In this document: piece after piece, positions 1-10,948 of the stretch
Numbering within the stretch: position 1 is the stretch's first letter
How the letters are laid out: the number at the start of each line of letters is the position of its first letter
Source: Hyaloraphidium curvatum SAG 235-1
Lineage: Eukaryota > Fungi > Monoblepharomycota
Direction: 5' to 3'
Assembly: GCA_025558095.1 (NCBI GenBank)
Contig: JAIVFI010000027.1
Location: 1-64,000 of the forward strand
Length of the DNA: 64,000 nucleotides
Made by a program: the position numbers and the translations under genes
The notes under the pieces: generated by a model
What the model was told of the DNA's origin: nothing
What the model saw: only the letters and a program-made list of their open reading frames with translations
Database searches by the model: none

Positions 1-205
1 CGCGTCGCCAGCGGATGCCGAACGTCCCGAACCTGAAGAAGCCGACCTTCAGTTCGCCTGGAACCGGCCTGTAGTTCTGGCCGGGCTCCGTTGATGACGC
101 GGACGTGGCCCCTTCAGGCAGCGACGACCGGCTCAAGTCAGCAGGGGCATCAGCGACGGTATTCTAGCCATTCGGCGCTCATACACAGTAGGATTGAAGC
201 CGCCT

Positions 206-706
206 TCATTCTCCTGAGTAGCCCCCATCGCCCCCTCCGGACGAGTAATCGCCCCCGCCATCGTACCCGCCGTGGTAGCCCTCGCCTGAATCATTCCCGC
301 CGTATCCGCCACCATGGTGTCCGTGGTCGGAAGCAGCCTCCTGCACGTACAGGCTGAGCAGGAATTGGTTCTGGATGTAGTCGTCGGCCGCGCCGTTTTG
401 CGGCATCGTAAGGGGCACTTCGTGCTGGCTTTGGAGCCCGCTTTCGCGAGCGGCTTCCCGGCCGCGACGTTGACCCGGACGGGCCTTTCCAGGAGGAGCT
501 TGACCACGCTCTCGTGCCTTTTGTTCCAGGCATAGTTCAGGCCCGTGTTGCCGTCGGCGTCGGCCAGGTTCGGATCGATCCTGGGGTCGTAGAGATACGA
601 CCTGGACGTGACCGTTGAGGCAAGCAAAGATGAAGCCCGTCGCAAGACCATATTTGGTCTTGGCATTGACGTCGACCCTGGCTCTCGCAGAGAGAAAGCT
701 GAGCAA
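206..706 (-). pseudogene. Frameshifted ankyrin-repeat relic, followed by a Gly/Tyr-rich tail fragment
   Basis: One frame reads RVDVNAKTKYGLATGFIFACLNGHVQVV and another continues DPRIDPNLADADGNTGLNYAWNKRHESVVKLLL. PRIDPNLADADGNT is identical to the ankyrin-kinase at ~41260-41300. The frame changes near 590-600 with no intron-sized gap. Confidence 0.7.
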
Positions 707-823
707 TCGTTATACGGTGGTTGCTGGAGGGCAAAAGGTAGCGAATCGCCCGCAATCCGGGTTCCGGGCCTTCCCAATTCACCCAGATCACTTCCTGGAA
801 GCAACCACTCTACGTGCTAATCT

Positions 824-1030
824 TCACATCCTCGGCTTGGACCCCTTCTTCAGGTCCACGCCGCACATGTCCACCAGCAACCCCCTTCCCCTCGGCCAGC
901 AGCACGTCCCACTCCCCCTCCCACACGCCCCTCCCGTCCCCCTCCAACGCCGTCCTCTGGGTCGTCCGCTTCTGCCAGATTCAGCAGCGATGCGGTTCGC
1001 AATCCAGCGCGATCATCCGCCCGTGCTGAG
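824..1030 (-). pseudogene. Degenerate copy of the 3' end of the HotDog thioesterase gene at 10949-11917
   Basis: The reverse complement matches 11700-11917 (GEWDVLLAEGKG...GVDLKKGSKP[K/R]M*) with indels. There is no 5' part. Confidence 0.85.
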
Positions 1031-1050
1031 CTGGGCCTCATTGACCTCGC

Positions 1051-1872
1051 TCAGCGCCCGTCGTCCGTGACCTCCCCAGCCTCCACGGCCTCCCCCGCCG
1101 CCGCGCGCGCCTTCAGCTCCCTCTGCGCCCCCTTCCCAAACGGCGACGGGCTTCGCGGCAGCTCGGGCAGCGGCGCCTCGCCCGCCTCTTCGTCACGGCT
1201 GCCGTCGTCCCCCTGCGCAACGAGGCAGATCGGGGCGGGGATCACCGGCAGGGGGCTGGCGGAGAGGGCCGAGACGAAGGAGTGCATGAGCTCGTCGTCG
1301 TCGGAGGAGTCCGAGGCGCTTGATCCGGGGCTTCCGTCCGACGCACGGTCGGAGGAGGACAGGCGTTGGTACGAAAAGGGGGAGAAGACCGAGTTGTTGG
1401 AGGCAGGAGACAGGAGCGGTTCGGTGCGGTCCGGGCCCTCAGCGGACTCCGACGACGGCGGGCTCTCGTCCAGGTGGTGCCTGACCGTCCCGTTGGGCAG
1501 GTCCTTGAAGAAGCGCCTCTCCTTGTTCGGGCTGAAGCCCACCTTCTTCGCCGGCGCGTCCGGGTCAGCCGCGGCGGTGCGTTCGGGGGATTGCGGCTTG
1601 ATGATGGGCCGGGGGGGGGATGTGTCGATGGCGCGGGGCCGCACGCGGACGGACGTCGTGCGGTGGGCGGCGCGGTGCATCTCCAAGTAGCAGTTCAGTG
1701 TGTCAGCGACGATGGGGAAATCCGAGTCGTGACCACGGGAAGGGCTGCCCGGCAAGCTCTGGCTCTCCCCGGCCCGGCGCCGAGGAGGGGTCTGATTCGG
1801 GACCGCAGAGTCAGCGGTCGGCGCCCGAACCCGGTCGGCCGCTCCGACCGCAGAGGCGTCCAAACTCGTCAT
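1051..1872 (-). CDS. Hypothetical Ser/Pro/acidic low-complexity protein
   Basis: Open ~273-aa frame from ATG 1872 with G/C third-position bias and a KKVGF (PP1 RVxF-like) motif. No recognisable domain. Confidence 0.45.
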   Translation of the reverse strand: MTSLDASAVGAADRVRAPTADSAVPNQTPPRRRAGESQSLPGSPSRGHDSDFPIVADTLNCYLEMHRAAHRTTSVRVRPRAIDTSPPRPIIKPQSPERTAAADPDAPAKKVGFSPNKERRFFKDLPNGTVRHHLDESPPSSESAEGPDRTEPLLSPASNNSVFSPFSYQRLSSSDRASDGSPGSSASDSSDDDELMHSFVSALSASPLPVIPAPICLVAQGDDGSRDEEAGEAPLPELPRSPSPFGKGAQRELKARAAAGEAVEAGEVTDDGR

Positions 1873-2252
1873 TTCAAGCAGCAATCCTCGGAAAAGGGCA
1901 AAAGCTCGGGGCAGGAGGCGGGGGCAGAGGTCGCGGGCTCGCCCACAGTCCGCGGGCTTCCAAGTATTTCGGCGGACCGTGCGCCCGCAGGGGAGCCGAG
2001 CGCGGGAAACGGGTACCCGGGCCGCACAAAGCCGCTCAAAATGAGATGGCTCCTGGTGCGCGGCACCGAGCGACCGGGGTTCCAGCGAGCTCTGCTGGGT
2101 GCGATTCGCGTGGTTTTGGAGCCGGCAGTGAGCCCAACACTCTGCCCGCCAAAGTCACCCGGCGGACACTAAACGGCTCGTCCGCAGATTCATTCAATTC
2201 CATTCTTCCGCCCATTCCACACTCCTAGTCCTGAAATCATCCTGCCAAGAGG

Positions 2253-2876
2253 CTACAAGATTGGGAACACAGGCCGCACGTCCTTGGACAGGATCCCCTC
2301 CGCCCTGGGGTCCGGCTTGACCTCCACGCTCCTGGCGAAAGCCTTGAACCCCATCTTGAGGTAGAATGCCATCGCGGGCGGCGAATCCAGGTGGCACGTG
2401 TGGAGATGCACCCGCGCGACCCCGTCCCGTCCCCACGCACGGTGCAGCGCGTTGCCCATGAGCCAGCTCCCGACCCCGCGGCCCGTGAACCCGGGTACGA
2501 GCGCAAAGAACTGTATCTCGCACTCCCCCGGCTTGCGGAAATCCAGCTCGAAGATGCCCGCGGGCTCCGTTTCCCCTGGATGGACCGCCGTCCACACCTC
2601 CACCTTTGCGTCGTGGATCTCGGCCGCCAGCTCCGCGTCCGACATCCTCAGCCGCGAAGACCACAACCAGGGCTCGCCGACACGCCGGAAGAGGCGGCGG
2701 TAGCGGTCCAGCGGCATCATTTCCTCGAGGCCGATGGCGAGGTCCTCGCGAAGCGGGGGCGCGCCGCCTTCGGGGCGTTCCAGCATCTCCAAGTATGTCA
2801 CGATCGTGACAAGGTGGTCTTTTGGAACGCCATAGTAGCCCGATTCGAGCTGCGGAAACGTCTTTTCGTAGCCCAT
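2253..2876 (-). CDS. GNAT family N-acetyltransferase, bacterial type, intronless
   Basis: The protein has GNAT motif A (FFALVPGFTGRGVGSWLM), VHLHTCHLDSPPAMAFYLKMGF and an N-terminal YRRLFRRVGEPWLWSSRL segment. Confidence 0.88.
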   Translation of the reverse strand: MGYEKTFPQLESGYYGVPKDHLVTIVTYLEMLERPEGGAPPLREDLAIGLEEMMPLDRYRRLFRRVGEPWLWSSRLRMSDAELAAEIHDAKVEVWTAVHPGETEPAGIFELDFRKPGECEIQFFALVPGFTGRGVGSWLMGNALHRAWGRDGVARVHLHTCHLDSPPAMAFYLKMGFKAFARSVEVKPDPRAEGILSKDVRPVFPIL

Positions 2877-2990
2877 CTTGTCCCAATGTTTGATTGTTGA
2901 TCGTTCGTCCGCTTGACGCGACTTCATCGCTACGAGGCAACGTGTCGACCAGCAGCAACCTCCGACGCGTCTGCAGATGGTGTCGAGGCG

Positions 2991-3539
2991 ATGGTGCTCG
3001 CGTTCATCAACTCGTCGACTCAATACGTCGTCAGCCTCGCCGTCCTGGTTGCGGTCCTCCGAACCGGCCTCTCTCCCCGCGCGTGCTACGACGTGGCCGG
3101 CGCCATCGTTTCCTCGGCCATCTGCAAAGCCCTGAAGCGCGTCCTGAACCATGCCCGGCCCGATGGTGCGGCCAAGGAGGACCCGGGGATGCCGTCGTCG
3201 CACGCAAACAGCCTGTCGTTCCTGGCCACCACCGCGGCGCTCCATCTCCAACCTGGCTACGGGCGGTGGACCGTCGTTGCGCTCGGCGCGCTCCTTTCGT
3301 GGCTCCGCGTGCACGTGGGGTACCACACCGCGGCGCAGGTGCTCGTCGGATTTGCGCTCGGGACGTCGACGGCCCTGGTCTGGGGCACCGCAGCGGAACG
3401 GACGCTTTCTTGGGTCCTCGGGACATCGGGAGCATACGGAAGCTGGATGCTGAGGGGAATCGCGGTGCTAGCCATGGCCGCATTCGGACTGGCCAACGTG
3501 CCTTCCTGGCTTCGCAACCGCGAACGCAAAAGACATTGA
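2991..3539 (+). CDS. PAP2 family lipid/dolichyl-pyrophosphate phosphatase
   Basis: PAP2 motifs C1 (KRVLNHARP), C2 (GMPSSHA) and C3 (SWLRVHVGYHTAAQVLVG), plus hydrophobic helices. The start is uncertain. Confidence 0.88.
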   Translation: MVLAFINSSTQYVVSLAVLVAVLRTGLSPRACYDVAGAIVSSAICKALKRVLNHARPDGAAKEDPGMPSSHANSLSFLATTAALHLQPGYGRWTVVALGALLSWLRVHVGYHTAAQVLVGFALGTSTALVWGTAAERTLSWVLGTSGAYGSWMLRGIAVLAMAAFGLANVPSWLRNRERKRH

Positions 3540-3565
3540 TTCTCGACGAGGATCTGACCGGATCT

Positions 3566-4713
3566 CTATTCCCCGTCGGAATCCGAGTCGTCCGACGACG
3601 GTGACGACGGCGAGCCGGTCGCGTTGGGCGAAAGGGGGCCGTCCCCCGCTCCTCCTTTGTCGAGCTTGGTCAGCCCGCCCGACCCGAGCCCAAAGAACCC
3701 CGCCCCCATCCTCTTTGCCAGATCCTCCACCGTCGCCCGCCTCTCCATCGTCAGCCTGCGCGTCATCTCCCTCCTCTGCCCGTCCCGCTCCCTCTTGGAC
3801 GGCGAGTCGTCGCGGTACGACGGCGGCACCGTCAGGCGGTACGAGTTGAGGGCGTCGGGCGGGGGCGGGAACGCGTCGGCCTCGCGCGTGCGCTCGCTGG
3901 CGTCGACGCGCTCCATGACGAGGTACTCGCAGTTGCGGAGGTTCTTCCACTTCTCGAACTCGGCCACGCTCAGGCGCATGAACCGCATGACGAATAGGCG
4001 CGCGAGGAGCCCGTGCGTGACGACGATGAGCACGGTGGGGTGGTTGGGGTACGAGCGGGCCTGCGAGCGGGCGAGGGCGTCGAGGAAGATGGAGAGGCGG
4101 TCGTGGACGTCGGCGCCCGACTCGCCGTGGGGGATGCGGTAGAAGCTGGCGGGCCTGCAATCAGCTCCGACGCGGCGGCCACCAATGACCCCACTCACAA
4201 GTGCCCGTAGGCCATCCTCTCGGCCTTGATCTTCTCCATCTCGACGAAGTTCTGGAAGTTGCCCCAATCCTGCTCCCTGAGCCTCGGCTCCTCCCTCACG
4301 TCGTACACCACATCCCCCGCCCCCTCGTTGTCCATGGGATCCTCGTCCGGCTCCGCCGTCAGGCTCGCGTCCGTGACCTTCCTCGCCTCCTCCGCCGGCG
4401 GCCGCGCGCCCCCGAAGCTCCGCAGGATCCCGTCGAGCGTCTGACGCGCGCGGACGTACGGCGACACGTAGAATCGCACGCGGTCGTCGCGGTCGACGAG
4501 GCGGCGGAGCTGCTTGCCGACCTGCAGAGCCTCGTCGCGGCCCTTTTCCGTCAGCTCCAGCATATGGTCGGGCTTGGTGGCCATGACGCTCCAATCGACG
4601 TTGCCTTCGCTCTGGCCGTGCCGCACGAGGATGATCTTGCGCGGCATGTACTCGGAGGAGGAAGGCTCCCGCGCGTGGCACGCGCACGAGCAGGAGCAGC
4701 ACGCGGCGGACAT
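3566..4713 (-). CDS. Histidine phosphatase / phosphoglycerate mutase-like (DET1-like), 1 intron
   Basis: Motifs IILVRHGQSEGN, SPYVRARQT, EPRLREQDWGNFQ and VTHG. Intron 4198-4146 (GTGAGT...CAG) restores GHFFYRIPHGESGADV. Alternative start at 4648. Confidence 0.92.
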
Positions 4714-5302
4714 GGCGCTTCCGGCGAGTTCCGGGCGTTCTGAGGACCGTGCGTCTCACGCGGAGCGGCCTGCTTTGTCGTCGGAAGGCGAGGTGGCACC
4801 GATAAGGCCGCGATTGGAGGCGGGTTGGCCTATCTCCAGAACGACGTGGCGCTCCTCGCGATGCAGCAAGGGATTCCCCAACGAGGATCTTGGATTGAGT
4901 CAGGCCGCGAAGGTGCCGTCGTGAACCTGGAATCAAAGGTCCGTCAATCCATTCTTGGTCGGAAGCCGATCCGACGGGAGAAAAGGGCCATGATGGGAAG
5001 ATGCCTTCTCGCTTCGCCGACGGCATCCCCTCCATCCCGTCCAGCGGATGTCGAACAGATGCATCCACGACACGAATGCACTAGACGGCCCGCGAACCCA
5101 ATTTGCGATGTATTTCACGAAGCTTTTGTGAGATCCCAGGTTTCGCCAAGGCGGTGTTATACGCGCTAGGGTCCGACTTCGGGGCGCGGCCCGCTCCATC
5201 GAACATTCCTCGACCCTCTCCCGCACCGACGACGCGCCCGCCGCCGCCCCACTGCCACCGCATTCCCCCGTCATCCCTCGTGCCTCGGACCCCCTGAAAA
5301 CG

Positions 5303-7124
5303 ATGTCGTCCGTCACCTTCCCCCTGAAATGCCGCGCCGCGATCCTGGAGGAGTCTGTCTCCCGTCCCACGGAACGGGCGCCCGAACCTCACCGTGCCCC
5401 CATGCGGACAGGTACAACCAGCCCCTCGTGATCAAGGAAGTCACCTGGGACGAGCCCCGCGTCGGCGAGGTGCTGGTCAAGGTGCACACGGCGGGGGTGT
5501 GCCACTCGGTGGGTGCCGTTGCGGCGTCTCCCGCGGGATAGGCGGGGGCTGATGCGCGACGGGGGCAGGATCTGCACATTATCAAGGGTGAGGAGTGGCG
5601 GAAGGGAGGGCGTGGAGGGGAGCCGGGGGACGGGTAGGGGAGGGAGCGGGCGGACGTCTCCCACGTCGACCGGAGATTGGTCGCGGCACACACGCGGCGC
5701 TACATCAGCCCGTCGGACCGATGCTGACCGCTTGCATTGTTGCGCAGGTGACTGGACCGGCGCCATCGGCGGGCTTCCCATGGTAAGTGCCGTCCTGACC
5801 GTTGGTTCCCGGGGACAGTGACTCATTCTCGCGTGCGCGTCAGTTGCTCGGGCACGAGGGCGCCGGCGTCGTCGTCAAGACCGGGCCCGGGTGCTCGCGC
5901 GTCAAGGAGGGCGACCGTGGGTCATCGGCCGGGCTCGTCATCTCCGCATGGAGCTGACCGACCGGACCGAACCATAGACACCATCTTCCTCTTCTGGGAC
6001 AACTGCGGCAAGTGCAACATGCACGTCCATCCCTCCCCATCCCCCATCACCCGCGCTCACTTCCCGTCCGTCGCAGGTGCCAGGTCGGCCGCCCCAACAT
6101 CTGCCAGGGCAACCGCGGCACCGGCTCCGGCACGCACCACGACGGCACCTTCCGGTGCACCTACAACGGCAAGGGGATCCCGGTGATGTCCGGGCTGGGG
6201 CTGTACTCGGAGTACGTCGTTGTTGCCGGTGAGCACCTCCGGGTGGACGTAAGCCGGGAAGGGGCTGACGGCGCGCCGCGCCCGCCAGAGGACCAGCTCG
6301 TCGTGGTCCCGGACAAGAACATCCCCCTGGACCGGTGCGCCATCGTCGGCTGCGCCGTGACCACGGGCGTCTGCGCGGCGACCAACACCGCCAAGCTCGA
6401 GTTCGGCGCCACCGTCGCCGTGGTGGGCTGCGGCGGCGTCGGGCTGAACGTGATCCAGGGCGCCCGCCTGCTCAACGCCAGCACCATCATCGCGATCGAC
6501 CTGCTGGACAACAAGCTCGAGTATGCGAAGCAGTTTGGCGCCACGCACACGATCAACGGCGCAAACGCCGACGCCATCGCCGAGGTGATGAAGATCTGCC
6601 CCGGCGGCGTCGAGTACGCGTTCGACGCCATCGGGAACAGCAAGGTGCTCGAGCAGATCTTCGCCATGACTAGGCCGGGCGGGACGGTGGTCGAGGTCGG
6701 CGTGGCGCCGGTGCAGCAGATGGCCAGCATCAATCCCGTGGGTCCACCCCTTGTCGGCTGTGTGGTTTCGGAGCTGATCAGGGGGATGGGTGGCAGTTCT
6801 CGCTCGCGCTCATGGAAAAGACCATCAAGGGCTCGCTGTACGGCTCGGCGCGCTACGAGGTCGACATGCCGCGCATCCTGAACCTCTACAAACAGGGTGC
6901 GTCTCCCTTCGCGGCGCCGTGGTCCCCACTGATCCGTCGCGCGCGATCGCAGGCCGCGTCAAGCTCGACGAGCTCATCTCCAAGACCGTCACCCTCGACG
7001 AGATCAACGAGGGGTGGGCAGAACAGGCCGGCGCACGCCATTTGCCGATGTTGACCCGCCCCGTTCGCCCAGCTTCGACCTGCTCAAGGCCGGCGGCGTC
7101 GCACGCGCCGTGATCAAGATGTGA
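5303..7124 (+). CDS. Zinc-binding alcohol dehydrogenase (class III/MDR family), multi-exon
   Basis: GVCHS|DLH, GHEGAG, the structural Zn motif CGKCNMCQVGRPNIC, GCAVTTG, the Rossmann motif VVGCGGVG, and the C-terminus RAVIKM*. About 9 short introns. Confidence 0.93.
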
Positions 7125-7292
7125 GCACCGTGACGCCGGTCGGAGGCCGTTGGATCCGCGAGTCCCGTATTGTTCGTTGTACCCGCCGTCCGCAAATATC
7201 GCGCACCGTTTGCCCGTCTATCTTGCCCAACGCCGTGGTTGAACGCGACCCGCCGCACCCAGCCACCCGCGCCTGGAATCTCCCGCCCGACA

Positions 7293-8282
7293 ATGCTCCC
7301 CCTGGACATCCTCCCGCACCTCGTCCGCGCGCTGCTCGCGGCGGGTGCGGAGGCCACTGCCGCCCGGCTGTGCGCGGCGTCGCGGGGGTGCCGCGCGGCG
7401 GGGCGGGGCGAGCTGCTGCGGAGCGTCTGCGCGCGCGGGTGGCGCAAGGCGCGGCGGGCGGCGCTGCTGGGCTCCGCGGGGGACGTGCGGAGGCTGAGCG
7501 TGGCGTGCAACGAGGACGGCGCGCTGGAGCTTGTCAGGGCGTGCCTGAATGTGCGGGCGTTGGAGGCGTGCGCGTGGGAGGCGGCGGGGGCGCGGGGGCT
7601 GCTGGCCGCGCTGCCCTCGCTGCGCCGGCTGGAGGAGCTGGACGTCGAGCTCGGCGCGGGCTGGGAATCCACCGAAGGCGGCGAGCCCGCTGCGGTCGCG
7701 TTCCCGCCCTCCCTGCGCAGGGCCAAGGTGCGCGCCGTCTCGGGCGCAGACGCCGTCCTGCGCGCCCTCGAGGCCGCGCCGGGACTGCGGGATCTGGACT
7801 ACGTCGCCCCGGATTTCGGCGCCGGCGGCCTGGCCGCGTTCCCGGGGCTGCTGGGGAAGCTGGACGCGCTGGAGACGGACGCCGCGGACCTCGCGGGGCT
7901 GCCTCCGGGCCTGAGGATGAGGATGGGGCGGCTGGTGCTGCGGTCGGCCGAGGAGTTGGACCTTGATTCGTGGGCCAACCTCTGTTCCGCGCTGGAGGCC
8001 GACGTCGTGGTGCTGGCGCAGACCTCCACGTCGCGGGTTCTGGCCGGCCTGCCTCGCGCGGGGACCGTGGTGTTTGCCGGCCCGATGCCGGATCTCTCAC
8101 CCGGGGACTTTTCCGCGGCCGTTTTGAACGCTGCCCTCGTGCCTAGGCTGGTGTTCGCTGTATCGGAGGGCAGCCCGGCGTGGGAGGCCGCGGCCGAGGA
8201 GCGCGAGCTGTGGCGGTCCCTGGGCAACGTGGCGTGGATCGGATGCGGTTGCGGGGCGGGGACGGGCGGGCTGCAGGTGTGA
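7293..8282 (+). CDS. F-box-like / LRR-like hypothetical protein
   Basis: N-terminal LPLDILPHLVRAL...ARLCAASR is F-box-like, with LPSLRRLEELDV and PGLRDLDY LRR-like segments. Intronless open frame. Confidence 0.55.
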   Translation: MLPLDILPHLVRALLAAGAEATAARLCAASRGCRAAGRGELLRSVCARGWRKARRAALLGSAGDVRRLSVACNEDGALELVRACLNVRALEACAWEAAGARGLLAALPSLRRLEELDVELGAGWESTEGGEPAAVAFPPSLRRAKVRAVSGADAVLRALEAAPGLRDLDYVAPDFGAGGLAAFPGLLGKLDALETDAADLAGLPPGLRMRMGRLVLRSAEELDLDSWANLCSALEADVVVLAQTSTSRVLAGLPRAGTVVFAGPMPDLSPGDFSAAVLNAALVPRLVFAVSEGSPAWEAAAEERELWRSLGNVAWIGCGCGAGTGGLQV

Positions 8283-8823
8283 CCGTGTTGGTATTGGTCG
8301 TATGTGGTCGGATGCCTTGGTGAATGGACGTAAGGGTTGTCGAGTCACATGCCTCTTTGCTCCTCGTCGCCAAGCGAATCCTGCCCGCCAGATGACCAGA
8401 ATGGTCTCACAATCTTGACATTGGCCTCTTCCGCCCTCCTCCGCTCCCCCAGCGCCGTCCAGCTGTGCCTCGGAAGGACGTTGAGCCGCTGTGGCTGAGC
8501 ATTCTGGTGCGTGAATCGATCCGCTGCCGACCCGAACGCAAAGTCACCTCGCCGTCCCGCACGGCCGGCACGCCTCCATCCCGCCGGCAGCGCACGCCGC
8601 GCGCCGCTGAGACGCTCGGCAGCGGGGGCGGGAACGCCGGTGGACACCGCGGAGGGCAGCGCAGCGGGCGGCCGCGTCCCTGGGCCGCACCGGAGCGACC
8701 TCCGCCGGCCGACCCGACCGCGACCACACCGCCGTTAGTGGGCTAAAGACGAAACTGGAAGGCGGTTAGGGTGCCCTCTATAGCACCGCGGAAGGCGGAC
8801 ACCGTCCCCGGCACCTCGCAACC

Positions 8824-10786
8824 ATGGCCTCCCCGCCCGACCCGACCCCCACGGCCCCGCCGTCGATGCTCACCCCCTCCGCCACCGCCACGCCGCGCCC
8901 CCCGCCGACGACCTTCACCGCCTCGTGGAGCATCTTCGAGCCGCTGATCGGCATCCGTGGGCCCGCTCCCTGCGTTGGAGATACCGGCAGCTGCTGATCC
9001 GTTTCCCCCCTGCCCCGCAGTCGCCCTGCTGCTCCTCTCGCTGGGCGTGCGCACATACCTCGTGCACCTCCGCCGCAAGCAGCACCGCGCCCTTCTGGGC
9101 TCCCCCCCCGAGGAACCGGACTGGTTCCTGCACCCCCCGCCCCCGAACCGCGAGCAGCCCGGCGACGAGGAAAGGAGGCCGTTCTGGAAGGGCCGCCGCG
9201 AGCGGCTGCATGCCGCGCTGGACGCGTGGCGCGCCGCCGCCAAGCCCACCACCGGCCTGGACCCTCCCCAGGGGATCGAGATGTCCGAGCGGCGGCGGAG
9301 CGTGAGCTTCTCGCACCCCGGGCCGGCGGGCAACCCGCGGCTGCTGGTGCACCCGGACCTGCCCCCGCGCCCGGAGTTCAGGAACCCGGCGGACTGCCCC
9401 GACGCCGGCGACCTGGTGTACGGGGTGCAGGGGGCCGTGGTGCTCCACGGCGGCGGCTCCTCCGCGGCGTTCCTGTGCTCGCCCGGGTTGCTGCGGACGG
9501 AGCGGTGCGTGGTTTCCGATCGCCCGCTGTCGGAGATCCCGTGCCCGTTCGCCGGCGCGGCGGTGCCGGGCGGCGAGCTGGTCGCGTACGCCGAAGCATT
9601 GGTCGCCGTCCTGGGCACCGGCCGCTCGGCGGAGGAGATGGCCCGCCTTGCGAGCGAGGAAGAGGGGGATGCGTGGAGGGGCGAGGTGTGGCGGTACGAG
9701 GCCGGGCTGCGCGAGGCGGAAGGGAGGGGGCTGGACGAGGTGGAGGCGAGGGCGCTGCAGAGGGAGGGGGAGGAGGTGCCCGCGAGCCCGAGGGAGGTAC
9801 CGGGGAGCCCGAGGGCGGTGGGGAGCCCGAGGATGGGGTCGGTCTCGGAGGGGGCGGGGCCGGGGAGCCCGAGGGTGGCTGCGGATGCGGAGGCGAGGCC
9901 GCGGGCAGGGTCGGATGCGCGGGTTCCTGCCAGCGCGAGGTCTCCGCCGGGGAGCCCGAGGCAGCCCGCGTCGCCCGACTCGGTCGCCATCCGGATCGAC
10001 CCCCCCTCCTCCCCCGAACCCGCATTCTTCCCTCCCCTGCACGCATCGACCGCCCCCGCGGAGCTGCAGCACCCCCTCGACGACCCCCCAGCCTACTCGG
10101 ACTTTCCCCCCGTGCGCCGCGCATCCACCGTTCCCTTCGCTTCCTACCCCTCCGAGCCCGCCTCCATCTCGGGCTTCTCGACGATCAACGCCTACGGCCC
10201 CCGACGGGACAACAACCCCCTCCAAGGCGGCCTCTTCCAGGCCCCCGACGCCCCGTCCCGGCGCGAACCCTCCTCCCGTCGCAACCCCCCGCGCACCCTC
10301 GTCTCCCTCGGCTTCGTGCGCCGCCCGCACCCCCCCTTCCTCGTTCCAGGGCGGTACGCCGGCGGCGCCGCCGTCCTGGCATGGTGCGGCCGCCCCGTGC
10401 TCTCGATCCCGGGCCCGGGAAGGCGCGGCGGCACCGTCGTGCGGTACGAGGCCGCCAAGGTGCGCGAGGGCGACGTCATCGGCCTCGGCGTGGTCCGCCG
10501 CCCGTCGGGGCAGCTGGCGGCGTTCGCGACCGTGAACGGGCGCGCGCTGGCGACCTCCAAAAAGGCGACGAGCAAGGACGCGCCCTGCACGCTCGAGGAG
10601 GCGTTGGTGGACATGGATCCCGCCGAGGAGGCGGCGGCGCTGTACCCGGCGCTGGGGAGCCGGGGCGCCGCGCAGATGCTGGCCAACTTTGGGGGGCCGT
10701 TCATGTGGGGCGATCCGCCGGGGGAGGAGGATTGGGGGATCGGGGAACCGGGGCCGCCGGGGTACGAGGAGGTGGAGGAGGTGTAG
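8824..10786 (+). CDS. Single-pass membrane SPRY-domain protein with PPxY motifs (Ssh4/Ear1-like)
   Basis: Intron 8957-9020 yields the TM segment IGILALLLLSLGV. C-terminal SPRY motifs are GDVIGLG, FATVNG, LYPALG and ANFGGPF. PY motifs are PPAY and PPGY. Confidence 0.7.
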
Positions 10787-10948
10787 GCCGCTTGTCGTAG
10801 GCCGGGGACGGATATCTGGCAATACTGATGCATTGGCATTGTGTCTCGAGGGCCGGATCCGTCGTCTTGGCCATGCTCGGCGGGGACTCGGGTCCCATTG
10901 AGCCGAACGACTGCGGTGGCCGCCGGGTGGACCTCCCCACATCGCAGC

